Shown here piece by piece: positions 37,501 through 49,952 of a DNA stretch of 58,887 bases. Both the position numbers and the translations under genes were made by a program. The notes beneath the pieces are model-generated. The model had not been told where the DNA came from. It saw only the letters and a list, made by a program, of their open reading frames with translations, and searched no databases. Source of the DNA: Craspedostauros australis (taxonomy: Eukaryota); assembly GCA_030167865.1 (NCBI GenBank), contig JALAGF010004180.1:1-58887 (forward strand), written 5' to 3'. Position 1 is the first letter of the stretch. Every line of letters starts with the position of its first letter.

Positions 37501-38927
37501 TCTGAGCAGCAACCGATTGAATTCGAGCAGCTGCGTCTTGACGCCAAGACCTCCGTTCAAGAACACCTGTTGTAAATGGATGAGTGATATTGGAATTGTA
37601 AGTTCGGATGTGGATGTGGATGCGAATGCAGGTGTGAGGTTATGTCAGGTGAGGTCAGGTCGGATCAGATTGATATGCTGGAGTGACTCAAAGCAATCTT
37701 CGCAAAGCGGCAGATGGCAGCGACTTGTACTGCAGACGGTTCCGAATGCTTGGATCAAGCAAGATACCAAACTTGCGACGCACAAGTCTGCCAACACTAC
37801 ATCGGACACCCGAGCGATCACAGGTTCGTTCAGCACAGCGCGTGATTCATGCCGAGAGGAACTTACTGCTGATGTGCAGAGTTCGCGCAAAAGACGCAGA
37901 CAGAGACGCTTGTATGTGGACAAGGAAGTTTCTCCTGCTGGAGAAGATTGGTGGTTGCCTTTCTTCTGATCGTCTTCAGCGCGGATGAAGTTCCCAACAA
38001 CCCGCTCCATGAAGCAGTACAGTGCGCGCTCGGATTGTCGCTGTGGCACCTTGACATATTCCACCGTCAGTGGCGGTAGGGCAAGCAAAGGAAGTCCAGT
38101 GGCACAAACTGTCATGGTCTTCGATCTGCGCAGTAAAACACGCTTCAGCATGCGAAGGACGTGCATGGCCCTGGGGTCGTTGGCCTTCCACGGGTCACGG
38201 ATCATGAAGTTGAAGAAGCCATCCTCCGAGTCGGCCGAGAATGGCTCTAACTGCAGAAAGTTCAGCTCGCCTTTCAGATCGTCGATGCCATTCTCGAACA
38301 GAGGAGTGCCGCTCAGCATCCAACGACGATCGCTCACGAGATTGACGCATTCGGCCGCGATTTGAGTCGTTGGTGACCGGATCTCCTGCATTTCATCGAG
38401 CACGATGCGTCCCCATCTGATCGATCGCAAGAAGCTGGGCACTCCGACCTGCTTTTGCACGCAGTACGTGGTCAGAATGATGTCTGGGACGCAGCTTGGT
38501 GGAAGCTCGGCAGGTCTGTCAGGATTGAAGCTTTCGTTCATGGTTGGCAGCAGTTCTTCGCCACGTGACCATGAGTACGCGACATTCGAACCCTGTCTCG
38601 TTGTCTTCCGTTTGTTGCGTGATGAGCGGCCGTTCGACGTCACCGAACACACCAAGAGACTGGATCCAGTGCACTTTACGATCTCGGACTTCCACTGCGG
38701 TAGCAACGCTGGTGGTACGATTATTAGCGTCGTATGCCACACAACATGCAATGGAATCTGCTTGCCCTTCTTGTAGTCCATGTATCTCATGTCCCGCGTC
38801 AAGTCAAGCTGGTGCTGTTCGCTCTGCCGTGATCGCTCTGCTTCCGTTTGGTGCTTGAGGCCCCTTAGGGTGGCACTGATCAACGCCAGCACTTGGATTG
38901 TCTGGGAGTCAAATTCGAGCGCAGTAA

Positions 38928-38964
<37 letters not shown>

Positions 38965-41900
38965 GGTTGATTGATTGGCGGGGTGTTGGACGGATTAGTT
39001 CGTGGGCGGGTGCGTGGGTGTGCGCATGTGAGAGGGACAGGCGAAACGAATGGAAGCAATGCCATGAAAGGGAAGGATTGACTGTGTTGAGGTGGCCAAC
39101 TTGAAAACCAGCCGGCCGCAGATGCCCAGAGGCTTCCTTGCGAGTGACTGTCAATGGACGACACAGACATAACGACACAACAGCACAGCGACACAGACGC
39201 AGCACAAACACAACACAACGACACAAAGAAACAAAGTTGCTCACCTTCCCCAGACCCATCTCGTCGCACAGCAAGCCACCTCTCGTGGTGTGAGGCGGTT
39301 GCATGCGAATCTGACCAAGTTCTGGTGCGACGTAGTACTTGCCCCCGTCCACAAACTCCCGTTCCTCCCAGAACAACGAATTGAGGCCGCTGGCGCTGGT
39401 TGCGGGGTCCTCCTGCTCTAGCATCCACGCAGTTCCTTGCTGCTGATGCAACAGAAGATCCAACAAGAACACTGGCTGTCCTGACGGGTCGTCGTCAACA
39501 GGCGCCTCAAGTGCTTCTTGTATAATCGGCCAGTACTTGGACATCGTGTGCTGGTAAACGCCAGGATTCTCCCACATCTTCAGTAATCCCTTTGTGGAGA
39601 AGACCGACAGCAGTGTTTCATCACGAGTCGATTCTGCTGCCATCGTTGCATCTTTGATGATTGCTGTAACCTTCCTGTCCTCGACGCCGCGTGCCGATGA
39701 TTTCCGGTTCAACTTCTCCAGCGCCTTTTCTCGGCGAATTCGCTCCTTGAAGCGATCTCGACGTCTCATCAGCACAGACATGGGGTCTTCTTCTCCGTCG
39801 CTTTCTCCGCCGTCTCCGTCGTCAGAATCACTGTCGTACTCGCACCAGTAAAAGTCTTGATTCTCGAAGCTGTCATCAGAGCTGCTGCTGGTGGTGCTAC
39901 CGCTGGCGCTTTCGTATTCGGTGTCAGTGATTCTGCGCGAAGCTGTGGGGGCTTGGCCCAGTATCTGCGCGGCGTTGCTCCTCCAATCGTCCTGCACCGC
40001 TTCATCTTCATCGCCGGTCGGGAAGTATAGCTTCGGGAAGGAGGCTGATGCGAACGTGGGTTCGTAGGGTTGTTCTGGAGTGTCCGCCTTTGCCAGGGGA
40101 CGCACGATCTTGACCGAGCTACGGTCAATGCACGCCAGCACCCGCTGCAGATTCTGGGAGAGCAGTGCCTCTGGCAACATCCTGTGCATGTAAAGACCGA
40201 TGGTGACTTCGTACACGAGCGTGGATGCACGGGCTCGACGAGCTCCAGAGGCTCCAGTGGTTGCGCCTGTCTTTTGTCGCTTGGCGAGCGAAGAGGATGA
40301 TGCTTTGCTGCCTCCGCCATTATCGCGGCTTGTGCGGCAGGCAACACGCGGGATCGCCAACACCAGCGGCGTCTTCCAAAGCGTTGTTGGGTCGGAAAGA
40401 TCCAATATGGATCGCAGCAAGTCTTCGGTGGAGAGAGAAATCGAGTTGTGCTGCTCACTCTTGTCATCTTTGCCACTCAGTGGATCCTGCACCTTCTGAT
40501 CACTGCTGACCACCTCAGTGCGACCATTGTCACAGAATCTCAAAATCATGTTCTCGTGAGAATCTTGTACCTGCTTGTTGTATTGTGTCATCCACCGCAA
40601 CAGCACAGACGGCGGGACGTATGAAGCATCATTCAGTACGTACTTCAGGAGGTTGCCTCGTTTATCCCATGGTCTCAGCAGGGGATTCGCTGCCTTGGCG
40701 GTCTGCGGGGACGTGGTGGATGATGATACTTGCTTCGATGTTGTGTGCAGAATACGCTTCCACCACGCCTGGATCGCCTCAGCTCGTTGCTCCACGAAGT
40801 CATCGTGAAGATCGCTGTTGGCTCGTGGCATTTCTCGTTGCGTCGAATCTCTCATTCGCCAGTACCCCTGTTCCCATTCCATTTTAGCGCCTGCCTTGGC
40901 CTTTTGTTTGGAGCAATTGCCATAGTACCTTGGCGCAGCGGTGCTGTCACGTCCTTTGCCACCTTGCTCGTTTGAACATCGTGCTGGCACTTGTACGTGG
41001 TGTACGCGATGAGGAGGTGGTGGCATCACAAATCGTCGTTGTTGCGATCGTGGTGGACCCGCTGCTGTGGTCTCCTCCAGTTTGCGCTTGCCGTTGTTGT
41101 TTTTGTTTTTGTTGCTGCTGCTGCTGCTGCTTGTTGTGTCCGCGCTGAGCTTATGTGTGAGCGTGAGCATCACGTTGCTTTTCGCTGGTCGCGTGCTGCC
41201 GGTGCCCGTGGCTGTGGCAGTTGCCTGGTGGATGGTTTTTGGAGGTTTGGAAGGGTTGGAAGCTTTGGGTGGCTTGGGTTCGATGGTCGTGGTGAGAGTG
41301 CGGCCGCTGATGACGCCCATGCACCGGTACAGAGTGAACGGGAACCATTGATCTCCAGTGGTTGGAAGGCTAGCGCATGAAGCTGCTGCATTCGAAGCGA
41401 ATGGTTGACACCACATGACTGCTTGGTCTGGCAAAAGATGGCGTTTCTGGGCAAATGCAACAGTGCTCTTCATCTCCTGCTTGATTTCTGTGGATGAGGC
41501 AGCGTCTGGACTGCCACGGAGACTCTGGAGACGGGCCTCCATGTGATGGTAGTACGCGTCAGGCGCATAGTTGAAGTAAGTCCGCTTCGCCGTGGCCTTC
41601 GCCCTTGCAATGGCTTCGACGGTGTCGCCAAAGGTGGAAGTTTGCGGAGTATTTGGATCAGGCAGGCAAACTCCATTCTTGTAGTTTGCATTGGTGAAGA
41701 GATTTGGTGGGAATCCATGCGTCTCCATTCCCAGGCTGCTTTCGTCGTCGCCAGTTGAGTTGCTTCTCGTGCTTGTGCTTGTGCTTGTGCTTGTGCTTGT
41801 CCTTGTGCTTGTCCTTGGTTGGAATTTGAATGGAGCTATTGTGTACGTACAATTCGGATCATCATTGGTGTGAGCACGGAAGGTGCACGTTGTGTGTTGT

Positions 41901-42310
41901 TGGTCAGTGGTGGAGCAGTACGTTGTTGAGCGCTACAAAGGCAGAATGGGCGGGGATGGCCCGTTGACAGGTTTCGCACGAAAGTGTTGAAAGCAAAGAT
42001 CAAACCGAAACAAACATGCGCAGCATACTCCACGGGTTGGGACACACTTACAATGATCCATCCGCATCCCGTCAACCCCACTCCTCAAGTCATGGTGAGC
42101 CCATTCTGACGAAACCTTGCGTTGCTGTTGCTGAGCTTGGCTTCCGAAGACTACCTTCGTCGCGGCCTGCTTTCGTGCTCTCTCCTTCCTCTTTTGCTCC
42201 TCCTTCTTCTTTTGCTCCTCCTTCTCTGCCTCTTTCCTTTGCCTTTCCAATTCCTCTTCCAGATCCTTCTTCTGCGCCAAAGAGCGGATTCGGCTGGAAG
42301 ATCGTGGCAT
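34555..42310 (-). CDS. Rad5/HLTF/SHPRH-like SNF2 helicase with C3HC4 RING (probable exon 1 from 42310; core exons ..39245, 38901..37867, 37566..34555)
   Basis: LLLHQQQGTAWM, GGLLCDEMGLGK|TIQVLALI (motif I, split by an intron), TLIIVPP..QWKSEI, WGRIVLDEMQ, RWMLSGTP, RING CAIC..CGHLYCAGC..CPTC, GLTLTEAS..MEP and QAYARLHRYGQ. Phase-0 introns at 39244..38902 and 37866..37567. ORF 41933..42364 shares the frame of the 41728 ORF and can be joined by GTAAGT(42051)..TAG(41836); the 5' end is less certain. Confidence 0.88.
38931..38958. repeat. (AG)n microsatellite in an intron of the SNF2 gene
   Basis: Uninterrupted AG run, forming a (CT)n tract just upstream of the 38902 acceptor on the minus strand. 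Confidence 0.95.
41769..41816. repeat. (GTGCTT)n hexamer repeat
   Basis: About eight GTGCTT/GTCCTT units; would encode (TS)n in the SNF2 frame. Confidence 0.85.
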
Positions 42311-43206
42311 GGTTCGTGCTGTTAATGACGTTGGTGGTGCTCGAAATGATCTCACCAGAACCACTGGACTCGTACGTCAGTGCAAGGACAAGTCTCCGCC
42401 TCAAGTACCTCGTCTCCTGCGTCCTCTTCCTCTTCGATCTGTTGCTTGCTGCGTGCGATATGGTATCTGGTATCTGCTGTCTGCTGTTGGTGTTGGGCTT
42501 GGGATCGAGGTTGAGGTTGCGGTTTCCTGATGTTGACGTGCTCTGCTTGGTCAGGAAACAAAGCCAAACACAGGCCACGCTCACTTCCTCTTTGTTCGCG
42601 CGGCGCCTTTGTCCGCTCCGCGCTGAAGTGCTCCGCGTTGTGGATTGTGGCGACAAGTTTTGCGATCAACAGATCTCCCTCCGACTTCGAAAGAAGACTG
42701 ATGTGCACAACAACGCGGGAGAACAAAAGCGGAATCTGCCACCACCCACTGATTCCCCTCGTCGTTTCTCTCTCTCGTGTGTGTGTGTGTTCGCGCCTTT
42801 GCTGTTCTCCTTGTTGTGCTTTCGTTGTGGTTTTCGTTGTTTGTTTCGATTGGCATCAAGTTTCTTCGTCTTGAGTACTTGATTAGTGTCGTGTTTTGGA
42901 TTGGATTGTTTTTGGTCAGTTTGTTCGGACACAAGTTGAAGTTGTCACCACCACACAACATCTCCATCCGACAACGAAATGGAACACGACCCATGTGACG
43001 TCAATCAAAGACACAAGAGAGGAGGATCACGACCACAAGAGAGGCATCAAATCCAACAAGGAGGTGCAGAGCGAGAGAGATCCTCGCCACATGCAGAAGT
43101 AGATTCTGGGAGGGTGACATCGTTGTGAATCAACCAAATCACCATCATCCCCACCACCAGCAACACCACCAGCAACACCAGCGCCAGCACCAGCATTATC
43201 AGTATC

Positions 43207-45104
43207 ATGACGCAGACATGGCTTGGATCCGTGCTTTTGTTTCTCGTGGTCGGCTGCAACCTTCCTCAGTTCGCAACGGCCAGCAGCAGTGGCGCATCCA
43301 ACCCAGCCGCGGACTCCGGCGCCGTCTGTGTCAATGACAGCGAGCTAGTCGACGCAGTACGACAGGATGTGAGACAGTCGCTGCTGCATTCAGAGTTGAT
43401 GCTGCCTGACGAGATTGGCCTTTGCGTCGCCAAGGAGGCAGACGATGTCCGTTCCGCAATCCAGGATTGCTCCGCGTCAACGTCGGATGCAGCCGGAGTT
43501 GAGGACGAAGCAGAGAGAGGTGATCTCGCTTGGAGGTTCTTGCGAGGCGTCGCCAATTCTCCCACCTTCATCAATCAGTTTTGGCACAAACGGCCGTTGC
43601 TGCTGAGGCAGCAAGACACTGGTGGTTGGGTGGAAGACTATTTCACTGTCGATCGAGATTTGCGGTAGGTGCAGTCCATATTGATGCTCTGCTTGTTTTC
43701 GTTGTCATAGTTGGCGTGTGGTTGGTTGCCATTGGTTTTCTATTATTATTAGATTTGGTATGTGCTGTTGCTGGCAACAGTGCTCTTCTATTACAAGTGC
43801 CGAGGTATTATTTTACTATATATTTTTGTGTTCATCCCCTTACTGTACCACTTACCACCTCCACCTTGCAAACAACTCATCGCTACTTCTGAAACATCGA
43901 CGCAACGCACAGGCTTGTGGACAACTCGTACATTTCTGGTCACAAGACCGCGGAAGTGCTACGAAATGGAACCAACACCAAGACGTGGGCGTTGGCGCCC
44001 ATCAAGGCCAATCCGGCATCAAAAACGACTTGGAAGGAGGTGAAAGAGGCGCTTGATGGCGGCACGATATATTTCAACACGGCGGGCGGACTTTGGCCCA
44101 CCCTTGGTGGGTTGTGCCGATTGACAGGCTACGCCTTCGGTTTGCCACCAAACGTCAATGTGTACGTGACACCGCCAGGCACCATCGTCAGCGTACCGCC
44201 ACACACGGACAAACAGGACGTATTCGTCATGCAGACGGGCGGTGCCAAGCGCTGGAGGGTGTTTGCGCCACCGGCACGATCCAAAGGCAAGGATCCGCTC
44301 AACCGTGGCAAGTCAGGCGACGTGCTGAGCCTCGAGGAGATGGGGCCGCCCATCATTGATACCATATTGCAAAAGGGCGACGTGCTGTACGTGCCAACCG
44401 GATTCCCGCACACGACGGACACGAGCACTGTGATGGAGGGGTTCGATAGCGATGCCTACGAGGAGACCTCGATCCATCTGACCATGGGCCTGGACACGCA
44501 CGTGTGGTGCTTGACGATGGCGCACATGCGTTGGACTCTGCTGCAGCGTTTGGGACTTGCCTTCAATCTGAACATCGAGGACGATGAGGCGTACTGGACA
44601 GCCATGGATTCCATGCCGCTGGGGTTCTTGGGCGGTGCGCCATGGCGAAGGTCCATCGAGAATATGAAGGCTGGCAAAGAAATCGACTCAGAATACAGCA
44701 CGAACGTCGCCACGCATCTGCGAAACATTCTGACGCAGTTGGAGCCATCACGATGGGCCGATCTTTCGGACGTTGCAACGTCGAACGGCGACCTCGGAAG
44801 CAACGATAAGGATAACGATACGGATAACGATAGCGGCAAGAAGATCCTCCCAGATCTTGCCGCTGTTCATGAAGTCACAGACTTCATGGTGCGATCGCAT
44901 TGGGCGTCGCTGATGGAGAATCAGGAGAGCTTGTTCTCAGACATTGATCCCACCAGCGAGGCCACCATCATCAAGGCCTTCCAGGGAACGCAGGATCAGA
45001 ACCTCATCATGGAGAAATTCGGCCGATTCTCAAAGAACGACGCATTTGCCAACTCCTTCGCCCAGCGGCGGATGATGGCAGCAAGTCGCCTTCAGGGGTT
45101 GTAG
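43207..45104 (+). CDS. JmjC/cupin-4 2-oxoglutarate oxygenase, RoxA/NO66/MINA-like, with predicted signal peptide (exons 43207..43664, 43913..45104; 549 aa)
   Basis: FINQFWHKRPLLLR, NVNVYVTPPG..VPPHTDKQDVFVMQ.GGAKRWRV, LQKGDVLYVPTGFPH and SIHLTMG give an HxD...H iron triad. A phase-2 intron GTAGGT..GCACAG joins the exons in frame. Confidence 0.9.
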
Positions 45105-45926
45105 GAGTACGCTCTTCTGCGTACCATACAACTACTCAAAGAGTGGTAAGCAACGAGCGCAGAAAAGAAACCACCCAACGACAGAAGAGAGGAGAGGAGA
45201 GGAGAGTGGAGTAAGTTACCACCCATGTAGTGTTTGAATGCAAGGAGATGGATGAACGAGCCAGAGAGTATAGTACCATGTGCACTAATACTACGTATTC
45301 TATAATAGTATGTAAATCCTCTCTGTGGCGGTTCCATACTTGCTTCATGTGATAAGGCTATGGATTCAATGGACCAATTGGAATAGAACTCACGAATTGT
45401 TTACATGTGTGTTTTGTGTGTGTCACACGTATCTGCATTTATATGTTCCTCATTTTCTAATGATATTGAATGGTATTGCATGTGGAAACGGTATTACTCG
45501 CTCACTGGGCGGGCCAACCTGCGCAACATGCTCACATCTCATGATGCTCGCAAAAGGATGCAGGTCCGCGAAACACAATCGTCGCGAAACGAGAGAAAAG
45601 CGACACATCAAATCCAACAGACACCAGAGCATCGCAAGCCATCGCTCGAATTCCTCCACTCCGAAAGATGCTCAAAGCAGGTAAGAGCCATCAAGATCAT
45701 CACGCCACAGCGCATGACAGCACCTCCGAGAAAGGAAGTGGGAGTGTGTGATTGGCGGCATCAACTTCGACCTACTCACAATTGTAAAAGCACTGCAGTG
45801 CCAAAGCAACCAACGCCCAAACGAACACAAACGAACACAAACCAACAGCAAGTTGCATGCTCCACAAGTGGAATAATACTTCACCTTCACATTCCACCAA
45901 CAGCGACAACACTACCACGCGGCAAG

Positions 45927-48900
45927 ATGATGGCCAAACGCAAACAGTACGAGCGGAAGACGGGGTTTGCACGCCGTCTCACCAAAAAGCTCTTTTCGAA
46001 TAGCGAGGATACGGCCGTCCTTCGCAAGAAGGGGGATAGCAAGTGGAGACCGCGCAAGGGCAACTTCCGCAAGCTCCTTCGCGATGAAGATCCCGAAACC
46101 TTCGACTTCGGCACCATCCCCCACGCATCATCGATGGAGAGCGATTCTGGCGACTACAAGAACAATGCCATGACTGACAAGAAGAAGTACGTCGGCAAGA
46201 AACAGAACGAGGTGAACCGACACCACCACAAGCAGCACGGGCAGCATGTCGGTGGCAACGCCGTCGACACTGACCGCTTCTCCAGCTATCCAACGGGCAC
46301 TGTTATGGTTGCGAAGAAGAAATCGAAGAAGTCTCTCCCCTCATCCTCGTCACGAGATGATGACAGCTTCGCTGCGCTGGCCGAATCCAACAACGCAGCT
46401 TTCGATTTCAACAAGGTCAGCCAAGTGGAATCATTTGACGACACCAGCTCGAAGCGGTCCAACCCGTACGCCCTCTCCGTCCAGAGCGATCCAACCAATT
46501 TGTTCTCAAAGGAGGAGGCATTCCCGGAACGAGACGGCGCACCGAAGCTCACAGCGGCCATGCTCGCCTCGCACGACGAAACAACCTTCACATCGGGCTT
46601 CGCATCGGCTGCGGCTCCATCGGCCACCTCGTCGCAGCCGTTGCTGGATCATCATGGCATCGAGAACGTGAACCCTCGCCGAAAGTTCTACCAGTTCACG
46701 ATCGACGAGGACAAGGAGTCGACTGTCATCCCACCGGTCGGTCGTGTTGATGATGGAAGCACCAGCCAACCATCGCTGCGCGACGATGAGACCGCGTACA
46801 GCAACAGGAGCTACGGGAGCAAGAGCATGGGCAGCCGCAGTTACGGCAGCCGGAGTCACAGCAGCGGCAGTCGCAACAGCAATAGCAAGCGCAACAACAG
46901 CAGGGGCCAGACCAACAACGGAAGCCACCATGAGACGATCAGCAACAGCCAGCGAGGAAGCTCCATCGAGCGCGGGCGCGGGCGTCAACAGGTGCGCACA
47001 CCGGTGAAGAAGGAATCCATCACCCAACCATTCAAGCTCCAGCAGAATCCAAACGACGCAAGAAGCCGTAGCCTGAGCCGCAGCCGAAGCCAGAGCAGAG
47101 CGCGCAGCAGTAGCCGAACTCGCAGCAGCAGCCAAACTCGTGGCCGCAGCAACAGCCGCCCCCGCAGCAACCATCACGCCCGATCTCACTCACAGCCTCG
47201 CGCCCAAACCCAAGCCCAATTCAACAGCAACCACCAATACGATGACGCGGGGGATTTCATGAGCCCCATGAAGACGACCGCATTCCGTTCACAGCGCAGC
47301 ATGAGAAGCGTGCACAGCAACGGCATGGACAGCAGCAGCCAGACCAACCATCCACCTTTGCCCAGGCATGAGCAGCCACGGATGACAACAGGCAGAAAGC
47401 TTATGGAGATGAAGCCCAAGTTCGGCTCGCCTCCGCCTCGGCCACAGATGCGCCGGGCTAACTCCCATTCCCAAGAGGCTCCAACGATGTTGCAGAGCCG
47501 TCATCAGTACAGCCCCCACCAGCAGCACCAGTCACAACAACAGTCACAGCAACAGCAACGGCAGCCAGTTACCCATCATCACGTCCAGCCACCGTCGCCT
47601 GAGATGGATGATGACTTTGCTGCCTTCGATGATGAGAACGCTGGCACCGATTTTGACGGCTTCCCCGAGACGCCACCTCGCAACCACTCTTCATCTTTCC
47701 GCCGTGCTCAGACGCAACCCAGGCAGATGTTCCATGGCCGCTCGCCTCTCAGCCCCATGAACAGGATGGAACTCCCCAGCTCTGCGAGCAAGATTGATTC
47801 GATGAAGCCATCCAAGCTGTTCCCTCCGCATTTCATGGCCGACACATGGGCGGACAGCAACTTCGAACAGGAGAATGGAGTGGCCAACGGACATCAGAAT
47901 CAGGATCAGCAGAATCGGCAGCAACAGCAGCCACAGTACAGCCAGTACAACAACCAACCACACCAGCACAACCAACCGCAACAGCCGCAGAAGGACCAAG
48001 CATTCGGGATGGTTCGCAGACTCGGTGTTGAGAACGAAAATGTGGCACCCGGTGCATACGGCAGTGGCTACAACCATGGACGTTCTGCCTCGCCTGCAGC
48101 CCGACAGCTGTTCTCCTCCAACTCCAGCCGTCAGCTCACCTTGACAACCGCATCGAGTCCAGGACCATCAGCAGCGCTTGTCGCACAAGCAGCAGCAACA
48201 GCAGCAGGACCTGAGCAAGATGACAACCAGAACGGGACTTGGGCATCCGACTTCGCCCCACGCATCAACCTCACCCGGTCGGAAGACTCGGAAACAGCCA
48301 ACCTGGACGTCCAGAACAAGATGAACGGCGACACATCCAGCGACGTCGGATCGTCCACGTCTATTGGCAACTTCGCCGTGCGCGGCATCAGGCGAGGTGG
48401 TGCCTCATCCATCGGATCGTACAGCAAGGGTTCGTCTCTGTCATCTCACCGCGACATCCACTACGTGAGCTCCGCAAGCATCTCCGAAACCTCATCGGCC
48501 GCCCACTCCTTGGGCGCCAAATCCAGGTCCAACATTTCGCACACCTCCCAGAATAAGAAGCCAACCGGTCTTCCAAGCAACGCCATCATGGCATCCATGC
48601 TCTTCCGCATGAACCACAACGTCGACACGAAGGCCGTGGAGGCAAAGCTGAAGGAGAAGGAGGCCGAAGGTAAGACTCTGGGCGACGTTCCCACATCCAT
48701 CAACGCATCATCCGAGGACTGCTTCAGCTGCGTCTCTGCTTTCTCTGAGGAAACATACGGCTCGACGCTCCTGGATGCATGGAAGAAGCCATCCAACAAC
48801 CTCCTCGATCACTTCGCCACAATGAAAAAGGCAGCGCCCAACGCCCGAAGACCACCTCGCGGTGCCTTCAAGCGTGCAGGCAGCAGCCGCCAACGTGCCA

Positions 48901-48932
48901 ATGCTGAACCCACCACGCTTTACGAAGCGTAA
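45927..48932 (+). CDS. Hypothetical largely disordered Ser/Arg/Gln-rich protein (~1001 aa)
   Basis: Long uninterrupted ORF with C-rich codon third positions from ATG 45927 (MMAKRKQ). Basic N-terminus, RS tract, Q-rich tracts and a short ordered-looking C-terminus. The start is uncertain because the ORF opens at 45405. Confidence 0.75.
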   Translation: MMAKRKQYERKTGFARRLTKKLFSNSEDTAVLRKKGDSKWRPRKGNFRKLLRDEDPETFDFGTIPHASSMESDSGDYKNNAMTDKKKYVGKKQNEVNRHHHKQHGQHVGGNAVDTDRFSSYPTGTVMVAKKKSKKSLPSSSSRDDDSFAALAESNNAAFDFNKVSQVESFDDTSSKRSNPYALSVQSDPTNLFSKEEAFPERDGAPKLTAAMLASHDETTFTSGFASAAAPSATSSQPLLDHHGIENVNPRRKFYQFTIDEDKESTVIPPVGRVDDGSTSQPSLRDDETAYSNRSYGSKSMGSRSYGSRSHSSGSRNSNSKRNNSRGQTNNGSHHETISNSQRGSSIERGRGRQQVRTPVKKESITQPFKLQQNPNDARSRSLSRSRSQSRARSSSRTRSSSQTRGRSNSRPRSNHHARSHSQPRAQTQAQFNSNHQYDDAGDFMSPMKTTAFRSQRSMRSVHSNGMDSSSQTNHPPLPRHEQPRMTTGRKLMEMKPKFGSPPPRPQMRRANSHSQEAPTMLQSRHQYSPHQQHQSQQQSQQQQRQPVTHHHVQPPSPEMDDDFAAFDDENAGTDFDGFPETPPRNHSSSFRRAQTQPRQMFHGRSPLSPMNRMELPSSASKIDSMKPSKLFPPHFMADTWADSNFEQENGVANGHQNQDQQNRQQQQPQYSQYNNQPHQHNQPQQPQKDQAFGMVRRLGVENENVAPGAYGSGYNHGRSASPAARQLFSSNSSRQLTLTTASSPGPSAALVAQAAATAAGPEQDDNQNGTWASDFAPRINLTRSEDSETANLDVQNKMNGDTSSDVGSSTSIGNFAVRGIRRGGASSIGSYSKGSSLSSHRDIHYVSSASISETSSAAHSLGAKSRSNISHTSQNKKPTGLPSNAIMASMLFRMNHNVDTKAVEAKLKEKEAEGKTLGDVPTSINASSEDCFSCVSAFSEETYGSTLLDAWKKPSNNLLDHFATMKKAAPNARRPPRGAFKRAGSSRQRANAEPTTLYEA

Positions 48933-49952
48933 ACGACAACACTGCCGCCGCAGCAGTTCGTTCCACACAATAGCAATGGCAATGACAATGGAAATGTCAG
49001 GTGGAATGCGGGCAGAGGCGGAGTTAGAAGAGGAATGACGAATCATTCAAACAAGCAACCATCAAGAACCAAGGACTGAAGGGCGTATCGTGATGCCCTT
49101 CCTCCGAACAAGCATGGTTGGATGGTGGATGGTACCGTGTGTCCATCCCCTCCTCTTCCTCCTCCTACAATGATGCGTCTACCTGCCACAATAAAGAACA
49201 AGCATCAACAAGCAAACAGTAGCAACAACAAGCAAACAACCGGCGCATGAGGAAACAAGCAAGAAGGAAGGAACCCAGCACGACCATATTTGGCGGCCCA
49301 GCTCCAACAACTATACAGATGCCAATGCGACCAATCACGACATTGAACGACACCATACCGAGAGTGCATTTGCACTTACACTTAACTTCAGAATAGTCTC
49401 AATCACAACAACCAAGCCATACATATAGCAGTCGATCACTCTGATACCACCTGCTCCTGTGAGTGAACTTGCTGTTATCATCGCCGCTGCTGCCAGTGCG
49501 TGAGGAAGTAAGACAACAAACAACCACGAACGAAGAACAAAAAGTTGAAAATCAAGCTTGGTCTGATCGGTTGAATCCAAGATTCGTTTCGTTTCGTGTT
49601 AGCTGAACGACTCAATCGAGCCAAAAAATCAGAAAGCAATCCAATCTTGGATCCTTTCTGAGAGTCACAAAGTCCGCAAACGGTGTCTCTCATCTTGGAT
49701 TCGTCTTCTTTCCTCTTGTTCGGTCTTGTTGGGCGAAGCAAGCCAAGGAGACAAGACAAGACACAGAGAGGCACCAGTCCGCCTCCTTCTATCTCTTGTG
49801 CCTCATCATCGTCGCCATCGCCAACAAGAAGAGAACGTTTGGACAATCATCGGTCTCCTCGAGAAATCCCAACACCAGCGAAGCACATCACACCGCATCA
49901 CAGCAAAGCAACGTAAACGACGTCACAAGATACAACAGTTGACCGAATCAAG

